Below are positions 1 to 8,779 of a DNA stretch of 64,000 nucleotides, in pieces. The stretch's first letter is position 1. Each line of letters starts with the position of its first letter. The position numbers and the translations under genes are program-made. This DNA is from a virus. The DNA lies in the IMG/VR virus record IMGVR_UViG_3300046557_000512, positions 16,302-80,301 of that record; one strand, written 5' to 3'. The notes below the pieces were generated by a model, which searched no databases, was not told where the DNA came from, and saw only the letters and a program-made list of their open reading frames with translations.

Positions 1-1026
1 GATCATCAGCTTGCGCTTGGCTCGCTGCTCGATCAGGCGGCGAGCGGCGAAGTCCACCGCGCAGCCTTCGATCGTGCTGCCCATCGCGATCGCGCCGGCG
101 GTGTTGTAGACTGCGGCGAACCGACGCTGGATGTCGATCGTGAACGGCTCGCCGAACTCTTTGAACCGGGGGTAGGAAAGCGGCGTAAAGCGGGAGATTG
201 GCGCGAGCGCGTCGGCATGGTCGACCTCAGCCATATATGCCGCGTCAGGCTGGAAGTGCAGCGTCGTGTAGCCGAGCACCTCGAACGGCACGCCGATGCG
301 ATGAAGCACCGATGCGATTGCATAGGCGGACTTTGTCGCCAGCGCGATCCTGGAGCTGCGGTGAGAGCCGCCATTGTAATTGTTGCCCATTGAGCCGGAG
401 CAGTCGATCACCAGACTGACAGCCGTGTCGAGCGCGAGCGCTTCCTGCTTGCGATAGAACACGCGGTCATCGCCGCTCACGACGCGGTGAAGCGACGAGC
501 TGTTTAGCTTTCCCTTGCGCTGCCCCGGCAACCGCACCGATTGCGTGCGGGCTGCGATCAGGCGCGTCAGTTCCTTCTGCAGCGGGCCGACGACCGAGGC
601 GGTGTCGTTCTGCAGGAACTCGAGGGACACGCCGTGCGTGCCAATGTCGGTGAGCTCGTCCAGGTCCTTCGTGAATACGCGATAGGGCTGGTCCGTCTCG
701 GCGATCGAGCGCTCGATGAACGCCGACAACATCTCGTCCATGTCCATCAGCTGGTCGGTGTCGATGTTGATGGGTGTGTCCTGCCCGACGTTCGTGTCGG
801 AGCTGCCTGCGCCTCCGATGCCTTCGTCGGGGATCTCTACGCCGTCATCGTCGTCAGTCCAGGCGCCCAGCTGATCCTCGATGTCGCGCATCTCAATCAG
901 GTGGTCAGCAAAGGCGCTGTCGCTGACCGCGAGCGCTTCCAGATCGCCCTTCAACGCGTCGGGCCAGGCCGACGAATAGGGTCCGTAGCTATCGACGATA
1001 TCGACCGCAGAATGAAAGTCCAGCAC
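1..1026 (-). CDS. CobT-like vWA-domain protein (C-terminal half), runs off the window start
   Basis: Hand translation from GTG at 1026 (SD GAGGAG): PYRVFTKDLD, RKGKLNSSSLHR, MIDAS motif LVIDCSGSM, KRKLMI. Not in the ORF track. Confidence 0.8.
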   Translation of the reverse strand, partial: MLDFHSAVDIVDSYGPYSSAWPDALKGDLEALAVSDSAFADHLIEMRDIEDQLGAWTDDDDGVEIPDEGIGGAGSSDTNVGQDTPINIDTDQLMDMDEMLSAFIERSIAETDQPYRVFTKDLDELTDIGTHGVSLEFLQNDTASVVGPLQKELTRLIAARTQSVRLPGQRKGKLNSSSLHRVVSGDDRVFYRKQEALALDTAVSLVIDCSGSMGNNYNGGSHRSSRIALATKSAYAIASVLHRIGVPFEVLGYTTLHFQPDAAYMAEVDHADALAPISRFTPLSYPRFKEFGEPFTIDIQRRFAAVYNTAGAIAMGSTIEGCAVDFAARRLIEQRAKRKLMI

Positions 1027-1029
1027 GCT

Positions 1030-2337
1030 CTAGCTCCTCAAAATCCGTGCGAGTTCGCGACGAGCGTCCCGCAGCATCTGTTCGACCTCCGAAACACCGA
1101 CGTTCAATTCGCCCGCAATTTCGTCGACCGACTTCTTGAGCTTCTTCTGCATGAAAAGAGCGCGTCTGAGGGTGGGATCGAGCATCGCCAGCGCATCCGT
1201 CATCGTGACGTTGCGGTCGCCATCCTCATCGCTGCCGGCAGGCTCGTCATCATCGCGGTCGCCTTGGTCATTTCCAGACCCAGACGATCCGCCGCCGCAG
1301 TTATCCTGTGGACCGTCGTCGCCATCTCCCTCATCAGCGCCGTCTTGCCCATCGTCCGTGTCGTCAGCATCATCCGATTCGGTGCCGGCGCCGTCATCAT
1401 CGCTCTGGTCATCGCCAGCTGGCTCACCGTCGTCAGGCTCACCGCCTTCATCAGACGCATCGCCTTCGTCATCATCGCCCCCTTCGCTGTCATCACCTTC
1501 GTCTTCGCCGTCAGCGCCGGGCTCAGTGCCAGGCTCGTCGTCATCGTTCGGCTGCGTGTCGTTCTCGGCATCGTCCTCGCGCTCGCCTTGGCCGTCGCCG
1601 TCGCCCTTCTGGGGCTCGTCGTCCTGTTCGGGCTCATCATCCTGATTGTCGTCACTGGGGGGCGGGGGAGGAGGGGCGGGAGGAGCCGGCGGTGGCGGGG
1701 GAGGGGGTGGAGGCGTGAGAGCCTTGTCGAGCGCGAGGACGCACGCCAGCACGTCGTCATAGGTTTCCATCGCCTGGATCTGCGTGCCGAAGCCCGGCAG
1801 GCGATCGAGCAGCGGCTTCATGTGTGGCCAATAGGCGTTGCGGTCCATCAGATCGATGAAGACCTTCTGGCCTCCTAGCGCGCGCATTGTCGGCACGAGA
1901 AGCACCGCGGCGATGTGTGACGGGTCTTTGGCCTCGATCGCCTTGTCAACGCCTGGCTGGATCAAAAGCGGGATCCAGTTCACATACATCCGCTCCAGAT
2001 TGTCTTTGGTGCCGGGCAGGTCGCGCGGCAGCATCTTCTCGAGGCGGATATCCTCGAAGATATTGGCCAGTTTGGCCCGCGAGTTGTCATTGGGGATACG
2101 CTTGAACGGCGTATAGAAGATGTGGCCACACTCGTGATCGACATAGCCCTGGAGCGCGTCGATCAGCATCTGCGACGGCTCGTCGGGGATCTCGGGGAGA
2201 TTGAGGTGCGAGACCTTGCCCGTGCGCTTGTCGGCCGCGACGTAAGGTGTGACACCGCGGAAGGTGACCTTGACGCCCCGTCGTGTCAGCATGCTGACGG
2301 TGCGCTTTAGCGCCTCCTTCCTGATACTCGTTTGCAT
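1030..2337 (-). CDS. CobT N-terminal-like protein: HExxH domain, Pro/acidic linker, C-terminal sigma-region-4-like HTH
   Basis: DHECGH and NIFEDIRLE motifs, poly-Pro and D/E-rich tract, terminal KSVDEIAGELNVGVSEVEQML. Start moved to MQTSIRK (SD GAGGAG). Confidence 0.75.
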   Translation of the reverse strand: MQTSIRKEALKRTVSMLTRRGVKVTFRGVTPYVAADKRTGKVSHLNLPEIPDEPSQMLIDALQGYVDHECGHIFYTPFKRIPNDNSRAKLANIFEDIRLEKMLPRDLPGTKDNLERMYVNWIPLLIQPGVDKAIEAKDPSHIAAVLLVPTMRALGGQKVFIDLMDRNAYWPHMKPLLDRLPGFGTQIQAMETYDDVLACVLALDKALTPPPPPPPPPAPPAPPPPPPSDDNQDDEPEQDDEPQKGDGDGQGEREDDAENDTQPNDDDEPGTEPGADGEDEGDDSEGGDDDEGDASDEGGEPDDGEPAGDDQSDDDGAGTESDDADDTDDGQDGADEGDGDDGPQDNCGGGSSGSGNDQGDRDDDEPAGSDEDGDRNVTMTDALAMLDPTLRRALFMQKKLKKSVDEIAGELNVGVSEVEQMLRDARRELARILRS

Positions 2338-2380
2338 GTCGCTCCTCGTGCGTGTGTGTTGTTCTATATGCACTCACTAG

Positions 2381-2423
2381 CACAAAGCAGCGATCGCACA
2401 AGCTGGCGATCGCGGCTTTTGTG
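2381..2423 (-). terminator. Probable intrinsic terminator hairpin
   Basis: Inverted repeat cacaaagc-agcgatcgc...gcgatcgc-ggcttttgtg just downstream of the 68-aa gene. Confidence 0.4.
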
Positions 2424-2427
2424 TGGG

Positions 2428-2634
2428 TCATGATCTGGGGACGACGTGGATCGCGACCGATGTGCCGTCGGGGCCTCGATACGCGATCCTATCGATGTCG
2501 AAGATTGCTATGCCACCGGCGTCGAGGAATTGCCGCCTCGTAGGATGTGCCGCCGCGTCGATCTCGGCGAACTCGTCGAAGGGCAGGGGCTCCAGCAAGA
2601 GCTGGAATGCGTAGAGCTGTTGGTCGGTCTGCAC
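2428..2634 (-). CDS. Small hypothetical protein
   Basis: 68-aa ORF with strong SD (AAGGAGG) downstream of the HTH gene. Confidence 0.6.
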   Translation of the reverse strand: MQTDQQLYAFQLLLEPLPFDEFAEIDAAAHPTRRQFLDAGGIAIFDIDRIAYRGPDGTSVAIHVVPRS

Positions 2635-2690
2635 GTTGTCCTCCTTGGAGAATCAGGCGTGCAGACGCGCATCCAACATTGCAACCGCGA

Positions 2691-3287
2691 TTAGATCGCG
2701 GTCACTGCCTCTTTGAGGGCACGGCGCTGCTTGGGATCCAAGCCATTTTCGACCAGCTCGGGTCGACTTTCCCGAATGACATCCATGATGCCGAGCTCGG
2801 GGATAGTCAGCCAGCGTCGGATCGCCCGCGAGTCCGCGGCCGCTTCCTTCAGCACGCCGTAGTGGTCGCGCGACAGATTCGACAACGGGATGCCGGCGGC
2901 GGCTTGCAGGTCGTCGAAGACCATCTGTTCGTCGTCAGCCATACCCTTAGCCAGGTTCGCCTTCGAGCCCACCAGAATGCGCAGGAAGTCGATGTTGGGA
3001 TATCGCTGCTCAAGCACGGCCAGCAGGAACTCAGCCGCGTCGAGCTTGATGAGCCGAACGAAGTCCGGCACACGCTCGATCGGGATCGGGGCTCGGCCGC
3101 TCGCCATGTGGCTGATCACGACAGACGACTTGTAGCCGAGGTTCTTCGCCAGGGCTCGCTGGCTGATGCCAGAGTCCCTGTCGAGTTTCTCGACGCCGTC
3201 CTTGAACATCCTCGACGCTTTGGTGTGCGCCAGGGGATAGTCGTCGTTCTGTGCTGCGGTCGGCAGCTTGATAACACTTGCGCTCAT
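2691..3287 (-). CDS. XRE/Cro-C1-type HTH transcriptional regulator, candidate prophage repressor
   Basis: ISQRALAKNLGYKSSVVISHMASGRAPIPIERV HTH. No obvious S24 autoprotease domain. Start taken at MSASVIK. Confidence 0.72.
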   Translation of the reverse strand: MSASVIKLPTAAQNDDYPLAHTKASRMFKDGVEKLDRDSGISQRALAKNLGYKSSVVISHMASGRAPIPIERVPDFVRLIKLDAAEFLLAVLEQRYPNIDFLRILVGSKANLAKGMADDEQMVFDDLQAAAGIPLSNLSRDHYGVLKEAAADSRAIRRWLTIPELGIMDVIRESRPELVENGLDPKQRRALKEAVTAI

Positions 3288-3399
3288 TTTCTTTCTTACT
3301 CCGTCCAATGTTGTGTAGAACGGTATGCAGGTGTTTGATAGCTGCTTCACACACACCCCGCAAGGGGAGAAATGCGCAAGTCAGTCGCCGCAATTCTGC

Positions 3400-3414
3400 G
3401 AACGAATAGTGAAC
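3400..3414. promoter_or_regulatory. Putative alphaproteobacterial LexA (SOS) box
   Basis: GAACgaatagtGAAC matches GAAC-N7-GAAC, in intergenic DNA upstream of the HTH gene. Confidence 0.45.
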
Positions 3415-3563
3415 ACCATGCGCGAGATCGCCGCACGGACGGAGCCCCTTCAGGGGCGGAGCTCCGTTCGGGCGGCGCGGTTAAGAGTCACTGTTTGAAT
3501 CTATTTGTTACAGAGTTAGGGTTGCAATTCGCACGTAATTACAAAGCGCTGCGATGCAACATC

Positions 3564-3694
3564 GTGTTCGATAGACGAACCTTTGTGTGCGATAGACGGC
3601 GGTCTGGTGTTCGATAGACGGGTGCCATTGTGTTCGATAGACGGGCGTGGCGACCCTTCGTGTTCGATAGACGGGCGAATGTGTTCGATAGACG
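3564..3694 (+). repeat. Iteron array downstream of repA (6 copies of GTGTKCGATAGACG)
   Basis: Copies start at 3564, 3585, 3607, 3630, 3660 and 3681 (spacing 21-23 bp, one 30 bp). AT-rich tract adjacent at about 3480-3545. Confidence 0.88.
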
Positions 3695-3739
3695 AATGTG
3701 TTGGCTTTTCCGGTGCGCGCGGGTGCCAATTCCGTCGAA

Positions 3740-4834
3740 TCAGGCGTCAGGGTCGAGCTTCATATTGCCTGCGAGTCGGTCCATCAGTTGCCCCAACTGC
3801 TGCGAAAGAGCGGCGCGCTCCTCGGGAGATTGCTCCTCGGCCGCTGGCGGCTCCTCCACTCGTCTATCGGACACAAGCGCCGGCGCGACTGGTCGCCTAT
3901 CGGACACAAGCACAGACTCGATCCTGCGGCCCGGCGACCGGAGAGGGGCTGGTCGTCTATCGGACACATTGAGCCGTCGCGTGAACACTGCCTTGAGCGA
4001 TCCGATGCCGCGGACCTTGCTGATATTCTGAACCGGTTCGTTCGTCGGGTCCCCGATCAGCGCGACATGGAAATGATATTCGGGCAGCTCGTCGTCAGCC
4101 ACCGCCTGGGTGACGATGCGTTTGAAGTTGCGCATGTCGTCGAGCTCGTAGCCGATCTTCTCGGCGAGCCGCGAGAGGTTGATCGCGAAGCTGGTCTTGT
4201 TGCCGCAATGCTTGCGCGCCAGTTCGTAGATGCGGCGCAGCACGCCGGAGGTAAGCTGAAAATAGTCCTGGTCGATCATCAGGATCGTCCGATCGTCGGC
4301 GACCTGGCGGTAGACCCAGTCCTCGAGCTCGACCTCGACCATGCCGAGGACCCTCTTGCCGTTGGGGAGGGTGCGCTCGCTCATGCGCCCCGATTTGATC
4401 CAGGAGAAGAACGTGCGCTCGGTCTGGCCGTTCTTTGTGGTGATGTTGGTGCGGATCGATGTCGACTGCAGCCGATCGAGCGTAAGCGCGAGATCCTCAT
4501 AGGCTCGACCACCCGAGGACCGGCCGCAGGCGACGAAGAAATCGTGCGCGTGGAACCGGACCTTGGGCGATACCTCCTGACCTTCGTTCTGCAGCCTGGT
4601 GATCTGCGAGAAGATGTAGATCAGAAGGTCCTTGTCCCAGATCGTCGCCAAGCCGCGGTGGCCGGGCTGCACCTCGATGCGGGTCGTGCCGTCGTCGTAG
4701 ATGCGCGCCTCGAACGCAGGCTTCTTCGAGATGGAGAAGAAGGGGTATTCCATCAGGCTGAGGACGTCGCGGTAGCTCAGCCGATCCTGGGGATCGAGGA
4801 ACAGATCTTCAACGAGCTTGACCACAGCAGCCAT
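3740..4834 (-). CDS. repA: Plasmid replication initiator protein (RPA family)
   Basis: LMEYPFFSISKK, GLATIWDKDLLIY, YFQLTSGVLRRIYELARKHCG motifs. Flanked by iterons. Confidence 0.9.
   Translation of the reverse strand: MAAVVKLVEDLFLDPQDRLSYRDVLSLMEYPFFSISKKPAFEARIYDDGTTRIEVQPGHRGLATIWDKDLLIYIFSQITRLQNEGQEVSPKVRFHAHDFFVACGRSSGGRAYEDLALTLDRLQSTSIRTNITTKNGQTERTFFSWIKSGRMSERTLPNGKRVLGMVEVELEDWVYRQVADDRTILMIDQDYFQLTSGVLRRIYELARKHCGNKTSFAINLSRLAEKIGYELDDMRNFKRIVTQAVADDELPEYHFHVALIGDPTNEPVQNISKVRGIGSLKAVFTRRLNVSDRRPAPLRSPGRRIESVLVSDRRPVAPALVSDRRVEEPPAAEEQSPEERAALSQQLGQLMDRLAGNMKLDPDA
3861..3967 (-). repeat. Three inverted iterons inside the repA coding sequence
   Basis: CGYCTATCGGACAC at 3861, 3894 and 3954 is the reverse complement of the iteron. 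Each encodes VSDRR. Confidence 0.8.
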
Positions 4835-4849
4835 TCGCCACTCCCATTT

Positions 4850-4950
4850 GTGTGCGATAGACGAATCAAGGCTTAGCCGTTTTGTGTGCGATAGACGAAT
4901 CTTTTGTGTGCGATAGACGAGCAGGCGTTAGCCGATGTGTTCGATAGACG
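4850..4950 (+). repeat. Iteron array upstream of repA (4 copies)
   Basis: GTGTKCGATAGACG at 4850, 4884, 4906 and 4937, followed by an AT-rich tract at about 4965-5000. Confidence 0.88.
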
Positions 4951-5005
4951 AGCCCACATCCCAGATTGATAATAGAGATTATGTTAAATTATCAATGGCT
5001 TAGCG

Positions 5006-5509
5006 CTAGATCAGTGTATCACGCCTACGCAGCGCAGCCAAGGCGTCGGCCGACATGGTGCAGACCAGGTTGCGACGGCCGCCGCGGTTCGCGTGGTTGG
5101 TGATCCGCCCTTCATAGTGGCGTTTCAGAAAGCCCGCGGCCTCGAGATCGGGCAGCACGCGGCTGAAATTATCCGCTCCCGATTCGCGAGCTCGCCGTTC
5201 GACCACTCGATCGACCATCTCCTGGGCCTCGAGCAAATCCGCCGGCAGTTGGTCACTGAGCTCATCGCGCACGCGCTTCGCCAGGTCGACGCGGCGGCCG
5301 ACGTTCTCTGCCATCGTCGACAGCCTAGCGCCGACCCAATCGCGCAACGCGAGATCCTTGCCATTGAGTTTGACGAACGGCCCTACCTTGCCGCGGTCGT
5401 CTGCCTGCTCGCAAAGCAGGTTGAGCACCATGAACGCATAGCGCGGCCGGCTGCTCTTATGCGCGAGCGCGTCGAGGATGCTGCCGAGATCCAGGGCCTT
5501 CGTAGCCAT
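5006..5509 (-). CDS. repA-associated putative winged-helix DNA-binding protein
   Basis: 167-aa ORF upstream of repA with FSRVLPDLEAAGFLKRHYEG wHTH-like segment. Confidence 0.6.
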   Translation of the reverse strand: MATKALDLGSILDALAHKSSRPRYAFMVLNLLCEQADDRGKVGPFVKLNGKDLALRDWVGARLSTMAENVGRRVDLAKRVRDELSDQLPADLLEAQEMVDRVVERRARESGADNFSRVLPDLEAAGFLKRHYEGRITNHANRGGRRNLVCTMSADALAALRRRDTLI

Positions 5510-5560
5510 AGCGCATCTTCACCAGCGCCCTGCCCGCCGCAAGCCCCAAATTCAACGACT

Positions 5561-5658
5561 CTGTCGCGCGTGACAGTTTGCCATTGGACCCTTCGAAAGC
5601 ACATTCTTTGAGCAGATGCTTTTCGGATGCGCTGAAGGCAAACTGTCACGGGTGACGG
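5561..5658. promoter_or_regulatory. Pair of 16-bp palindromes forming a 14-bp inverted repeat
   Basis: CTGTCGCGCGTGACAG (5561-5576) and CTGTCACGGGTGACGG (5643-5658). cgtgacagtttgcc (5569-5582) and ggcaaactgtcacg (5637-5650) are a perfect IR. Confidence 0.55.
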
Positions 5659-6129
5659 TTAGGACCTCCCGTAGCGATGCGTGCGCTTCAGGCCCGGTGT
5701 CGTGCCCCACAATCCGGCCCGCAGCAGGTGCGTGTAGCCGTAGTCGATGCAGACCGGCCGCCCATCGATCATGCCCCAGTTGGTCCACCGGACGTCGTCG
5801 AAGAACGTCGGGACCCGCTTAACCTTCTCGAGGAAGTCAGGTTCATTCTCGAACACCGTCGCCTTCTTCATGATTAGCGCTGAGCCCCAACTGTCGATGC
5901 GGACGCACGGCGCGAACCAGCGCTCCCACTTGGTGCCCTTCACCGCCTGCCATATCTCCCACTCCATCGCGTTGTGGTGGCCAGGCCCGTATTGGATCTT
6001 CAAGACATGTTCCGGCTCGTGCCTCATGTCGTAGACGCGACGATAGGATCCGTCGCCCAGGAGGTTGCCGACGAACAGCTCAAGGGCGCAGTTCTTCAGC
6101 TGCACGATCTCATCGTAGATTGTGGTCAT
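5659..6129 (-). CDS. Minimal protein-kinase-like protein
   Basis: Gly loop LGDGSYRRVY, VLK lysine, helix-C Glu (NAMEW), catalytic DVRWTN, and IDYG. Confidence 0.7.
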   Translation of the reverse strand: MTTIYDEIVQLKNCALELFVGNLLGDGSYRRVYDMRHEPEHVLKIQYGPGHHNAMEWEIWQAVKGTKWERWFAPCVRIDSWGSALIMKKATVFENEPDFLEKVKRVPTFFDDVRWTNWGMIDGRPVCIDYGYTHLLRAGLWGTTPGLKRTHRYGRS

Positions 6130-7208
6130 TTGTAAGGGTTCCGCACTTTGATCTTCATTGCGAGGGTTCGGGAATACGGCCGAGCGTTGGCGATCGCGTA
6201 GCGCACCACCGCCGGTTCGACTTCGTTCGGATCACAGCCTTTCGGCAGGAATGCGATGCGCACCTGGAAGCCATGCGCCGTCAGCTGCTGCGCGGCGTCG
6301 ACCGCGGCCGAGAGAGCGTCCGGCGTGCCGTCCCAGATGATCGTAATGATCTTCAGGCCGGCCGCCTTCAACTTGAGCAGCGCGGTCAGCTGGTTGGGCT
6401 GTTCGCCGGTCAGCGTCAGGTTTTTGCCGAAGGATCCAACAGGAACGATCGCGCGCATCGCAGCGTCCTGGTCGAGCGCCTTCTTGGTCGCGATGACGTC
6501 GAAAGCCCCCTCCCCCATCGCAATGTGCGCCGCGCCGATCGCGTTGTGACCATTGTAGAGGAAGCGCGCGGTGCCAGGCAGCCGCGGCGGGAACAGATAC
6601 TTGCGGTCACTCTCTCGGGTGATGTCACGGCCCTGGAAGGTCACCAGCGTTCGGTCGAGATCCCACACCGGGATAATGACGCGGCCGGAGAAGACCATCG
6701 ACTGAGGCGAGCCGTCTTCCTTGGCGTATTTGAACGCGCCGTCGTGGCAGTAGCGCAGCCCGAAATAGCGGGCCAGATCGTTGGTGATACCGCGCTTGTC
6801 GATGTAGGGCAGCGTGCGGCCGTCATGGGTCGGCAGTTCGATCGAGTGCGGCAGCTTGACCTCACCCTCGATCGCCGGCGCGACATCGCGCTTTAGCGCG
6901 CGCTTCTTGGGCTTCCAGCCGCCAAGTTTCGCAATCTCGTCGAACAGCTTGCCGATCGCCTTCGAATCTTCGGTGCCCAGGTGAGCCTTCGCGAACGACC
7001 AGAGATTGAAGGGGCCGCACTTGAAGCAGTTACCGAGACCGCTCTCCACGCCGAGATAGACCTTCCAGTCCTCCGTGCTGCAGCGCGGGCAGACTTTGAC
7101 GTTGAACTGCATGCCCGATCGGCCGGACAAGGGGCCGCGATACTCGAAGCCCTCGTGCTCGAGGAAGTCCTCGGCCGTGACCTGATCGTAGCCCCTCTCC
7201 TCATTCAT
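6126..7208 (-). CDS. DNA primase (Zn finger plus TOPRIM)
   Basis: CPRC...CFKC zinc finger, GRVIIP, FQGRDI, GEGAFD, WDG, KGCDPNE. Confidence 0.88.
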   Translation of the reverse strand: MNEERGYDQVTAEDFLEHEGFEYRGPLSGRSGMQFNVKVCPRCSTEDWKVYLGVESGLGNCFKCGPFNLWSFAKAHLGTEDSKAIGKLFDEIAKLGGWKPKKRALKRDVAPAIEGEVKLPHSIELPTHDGRTLPYIDKRGITNDLARYFGLRYCHDGAFKYAKEDGSPQSMVFSGRVIIPVWDLDRTLVTFQGRDITRESDRKYLFPPRLPGTARFLYNGHNAIGAAHIAMGEGAFDVIATKKALDQDAAMRAIVPVGSFGKNLTLTGEQPNQLTALLKLKAAGLKIITIIWDGTPDALSAAVDAAQQLTAHGFQVRIAFLPKGCDPNEVEPAVVRYAIANARPYSRTLAMKIKVRNPYK

Positions 7209-7363
7209 GCGTGCGCGACCCTACAGCCTTCGCCAGGCGGCGAGCAGCACTCACACGGCCGACGATGCCAGCCGGCGAACAGGCTGAAGGACCAATGCTC
7301 GCCGGTGCCGAAGCATCGGAAGCAAAGGCCCCACAGTGCGAAGAGTGCATGTGTTATGAACAC
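7205..7363 (-). CDS. 52-aa Cys-rich (zinc-ribbon-like) protein
   Basis: Hand translation MFITHALFALWGLCFRCFGTGEHW...RPCECCSPPGEGCRVAHA. Coupled to the helicase stop (TAGTG) and the primase start (ATGA). Confidence 0.5.
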   Translation of the reverse strand: MFITHALFALWGLCFRCFGTGEHWSFSLFAGWHRRPCECCSPPGEGCRVAHA

Positions 7364-8712
7364 TACGAGTCGAGCCCGACGAAATTGGTGATGAACCGCA
7401 TGCAGTCAATCTCCTGGTTGAAACGCAGCCGCAGGCCACCCTCGGTGTTACGCATCTCGGAGAAGTAGAGGACGACCTCGCCGTTCTGCTTCTCCTCGGC
7501 GCTCGCGTTGATCGTGATCAGCGCGTCGGCCAGACGGACCTTGTCGTAATCCTCCGCGACGTCCGTGCCGTCGGTGACGTTCTTGGCCGCTTTGCGCGTG
7601 CCTTCTCGGTTGGTCTGGGTGGCGGTCAGGACCGCGGCGTTCATATCCTTCGCGAGCGCACGAAGGTCGCGAGTGATCTGGCTGAGCTCATGTCGCTTGT
7701 CGCTCTCGCGACGCTCAGGCGCCATGATGTCGATATAGTCGACGACGATCATGTCGAAGATGATGCCGTCGGACTCGTAGCGCTTCAGTAGGCGGCGGAG
7801 CTCGGAGACCTTGAGCGTGCCGGTGGGGAAGTCCTGGATCTCCAGGACACCCGCGTGCTGTGCCCATGCGTCGCCAGCAGCTTCGACCTCGACCGCGCGC
7901 TTGCGCAGCTCCTTGACCGGCACGCGCGAGATGTTCGCGTCGAGACGATCCTCGATAATTTCCTTCGAGACTTCGCAGGAGGCGTAGAAGACGTTCTTGC
8001 CGGCGCCGGCCGCGGCTTTGGCAAAGGTGACCAGGCCGGCGGTCTTACCGGACTTGGGTGGCCCCATCAGGATCGACAGTTCCTTGCGGCCCCAGCCGTG
8101 GTGAGGGAACAGATACTGGTCGAGCTGAGGGCAGCCGGTGGTGATGCCTGTTGGGATCGCTGTGCCGGCGGCGAGCGCCTGACGCTTAGCGGCGCGTTCT
8201 TTGATGCGATCCTTGAAGTTGTGGGCGCGCTCGACGTCGACCGAGCCAACGCCGAAGGCCGCGGTCATATTGGTTGCCGCCTTCTCGATCGCGCTGACCT
8301 TCTTCGCGGGATCGATCTGGTCGAGCGCGTCAGCCATATCGAGGGTCGCCCCCTCGATCGCCTTCTCGCGCGCGAACTCTGCGATCTTGTCGATGACGAA
8401 CTGGCGATCGGCCGGCGTGCAAGCGCCAGGCGCATAGAGCGCGCCGAGCAGCCGCTTCGCCTCATCCATATCCGCGACTGTGATCTGCTTCCGCGCCTGA
8501 GCGTCCTTGAACGCCTGGACGTAGGTCTGCAGCGACGGGCACGCGCGGTATTGATCCCAATACTCGCGCTGCACCCAGATCAGCTGCTGCAGCGTGTCGT
8601 TCTCGAAATATTGCGGCTGGATAAGCCCATCAACCGCATGGCAGAACGTGTCATCACGAAGGAAGAAGGAACCGACCTTCTCCTGGAAGGCGGCATCGAA
8701 GGTGTAGCTCAT
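7363..8712 (-). CDS. Replicative DNA helicase, DnaB-like (SF4)
   Basis: Walker A GPPKSGKT, IVVDYID, TATQTNREG, DVAEDYDK. Confidence 0.92.
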   Translation of the reverse strand: MSYTFDAAFQEKVGSFFLRDDTFCHAVDGLIQPQYFENDTLQQLIWVQREYWDQYRACPSLQTYVQAFKDAQARKQITVADMDEAKRLLGALYAPGACTPADRQFVIDKIAEFAREKAIEGATLDMADALDQIDPAKKVSAIEKAATNMTAAFGVGSVDVERAHNFKDRIKERAAKRQALAAGTAIPTGITTGCPQLDQYLFPHHGWGRKELSILMGPPKSGKTAGLVTFAKAAAGAGKNVFYASCEVSKEIIEDRLDANISRVPVKELRKRAVEVEAAGDAWAQHAGVLEIQDFPTGTLKVSELRRLLKRYESDGIIFDMIVVDYIDIMAPERRESDKRHELSQITRDLRALAKDMNAAVLTATQTNREGTRKAAKNVTDGTDVAEDYDKVRLADALITINASAEEKQNGEVVLYFSEMRNTEGGLRLRFNQEIDCMRFITNFVGLDS

Positions 8713-8779
8713 TCGTGTCCGCTGCCGTTCGTGTGAGTGTGTGTCATTGACTATGCACTAGCCCGAATCGACCAAGGGG

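Noticed and set aside
541-1878. 445-aa plus-strand hydrophobic ORF
   Set aside because: Antisense shadow of the acidic CobT-like genes, typical of high-GC DNA.
3564-3694. Possible CRISPR array
   Set aside because: Repeats are 14 bp with 7-16 bp spacers, flank repA and have no cas genes nearby. They are iterons.
3508-3729. ORF with VYRT repeats (and plus-strand FDRR/SIDG ORFs at 3583-4031)
   Set aside because: These are simply translations of the iteron array.
7363-8712. Inteins or introns in helicase, terminase or primase
   Set aside because: Protein lengths are normal and no splicing motifs or interruptions were seen.
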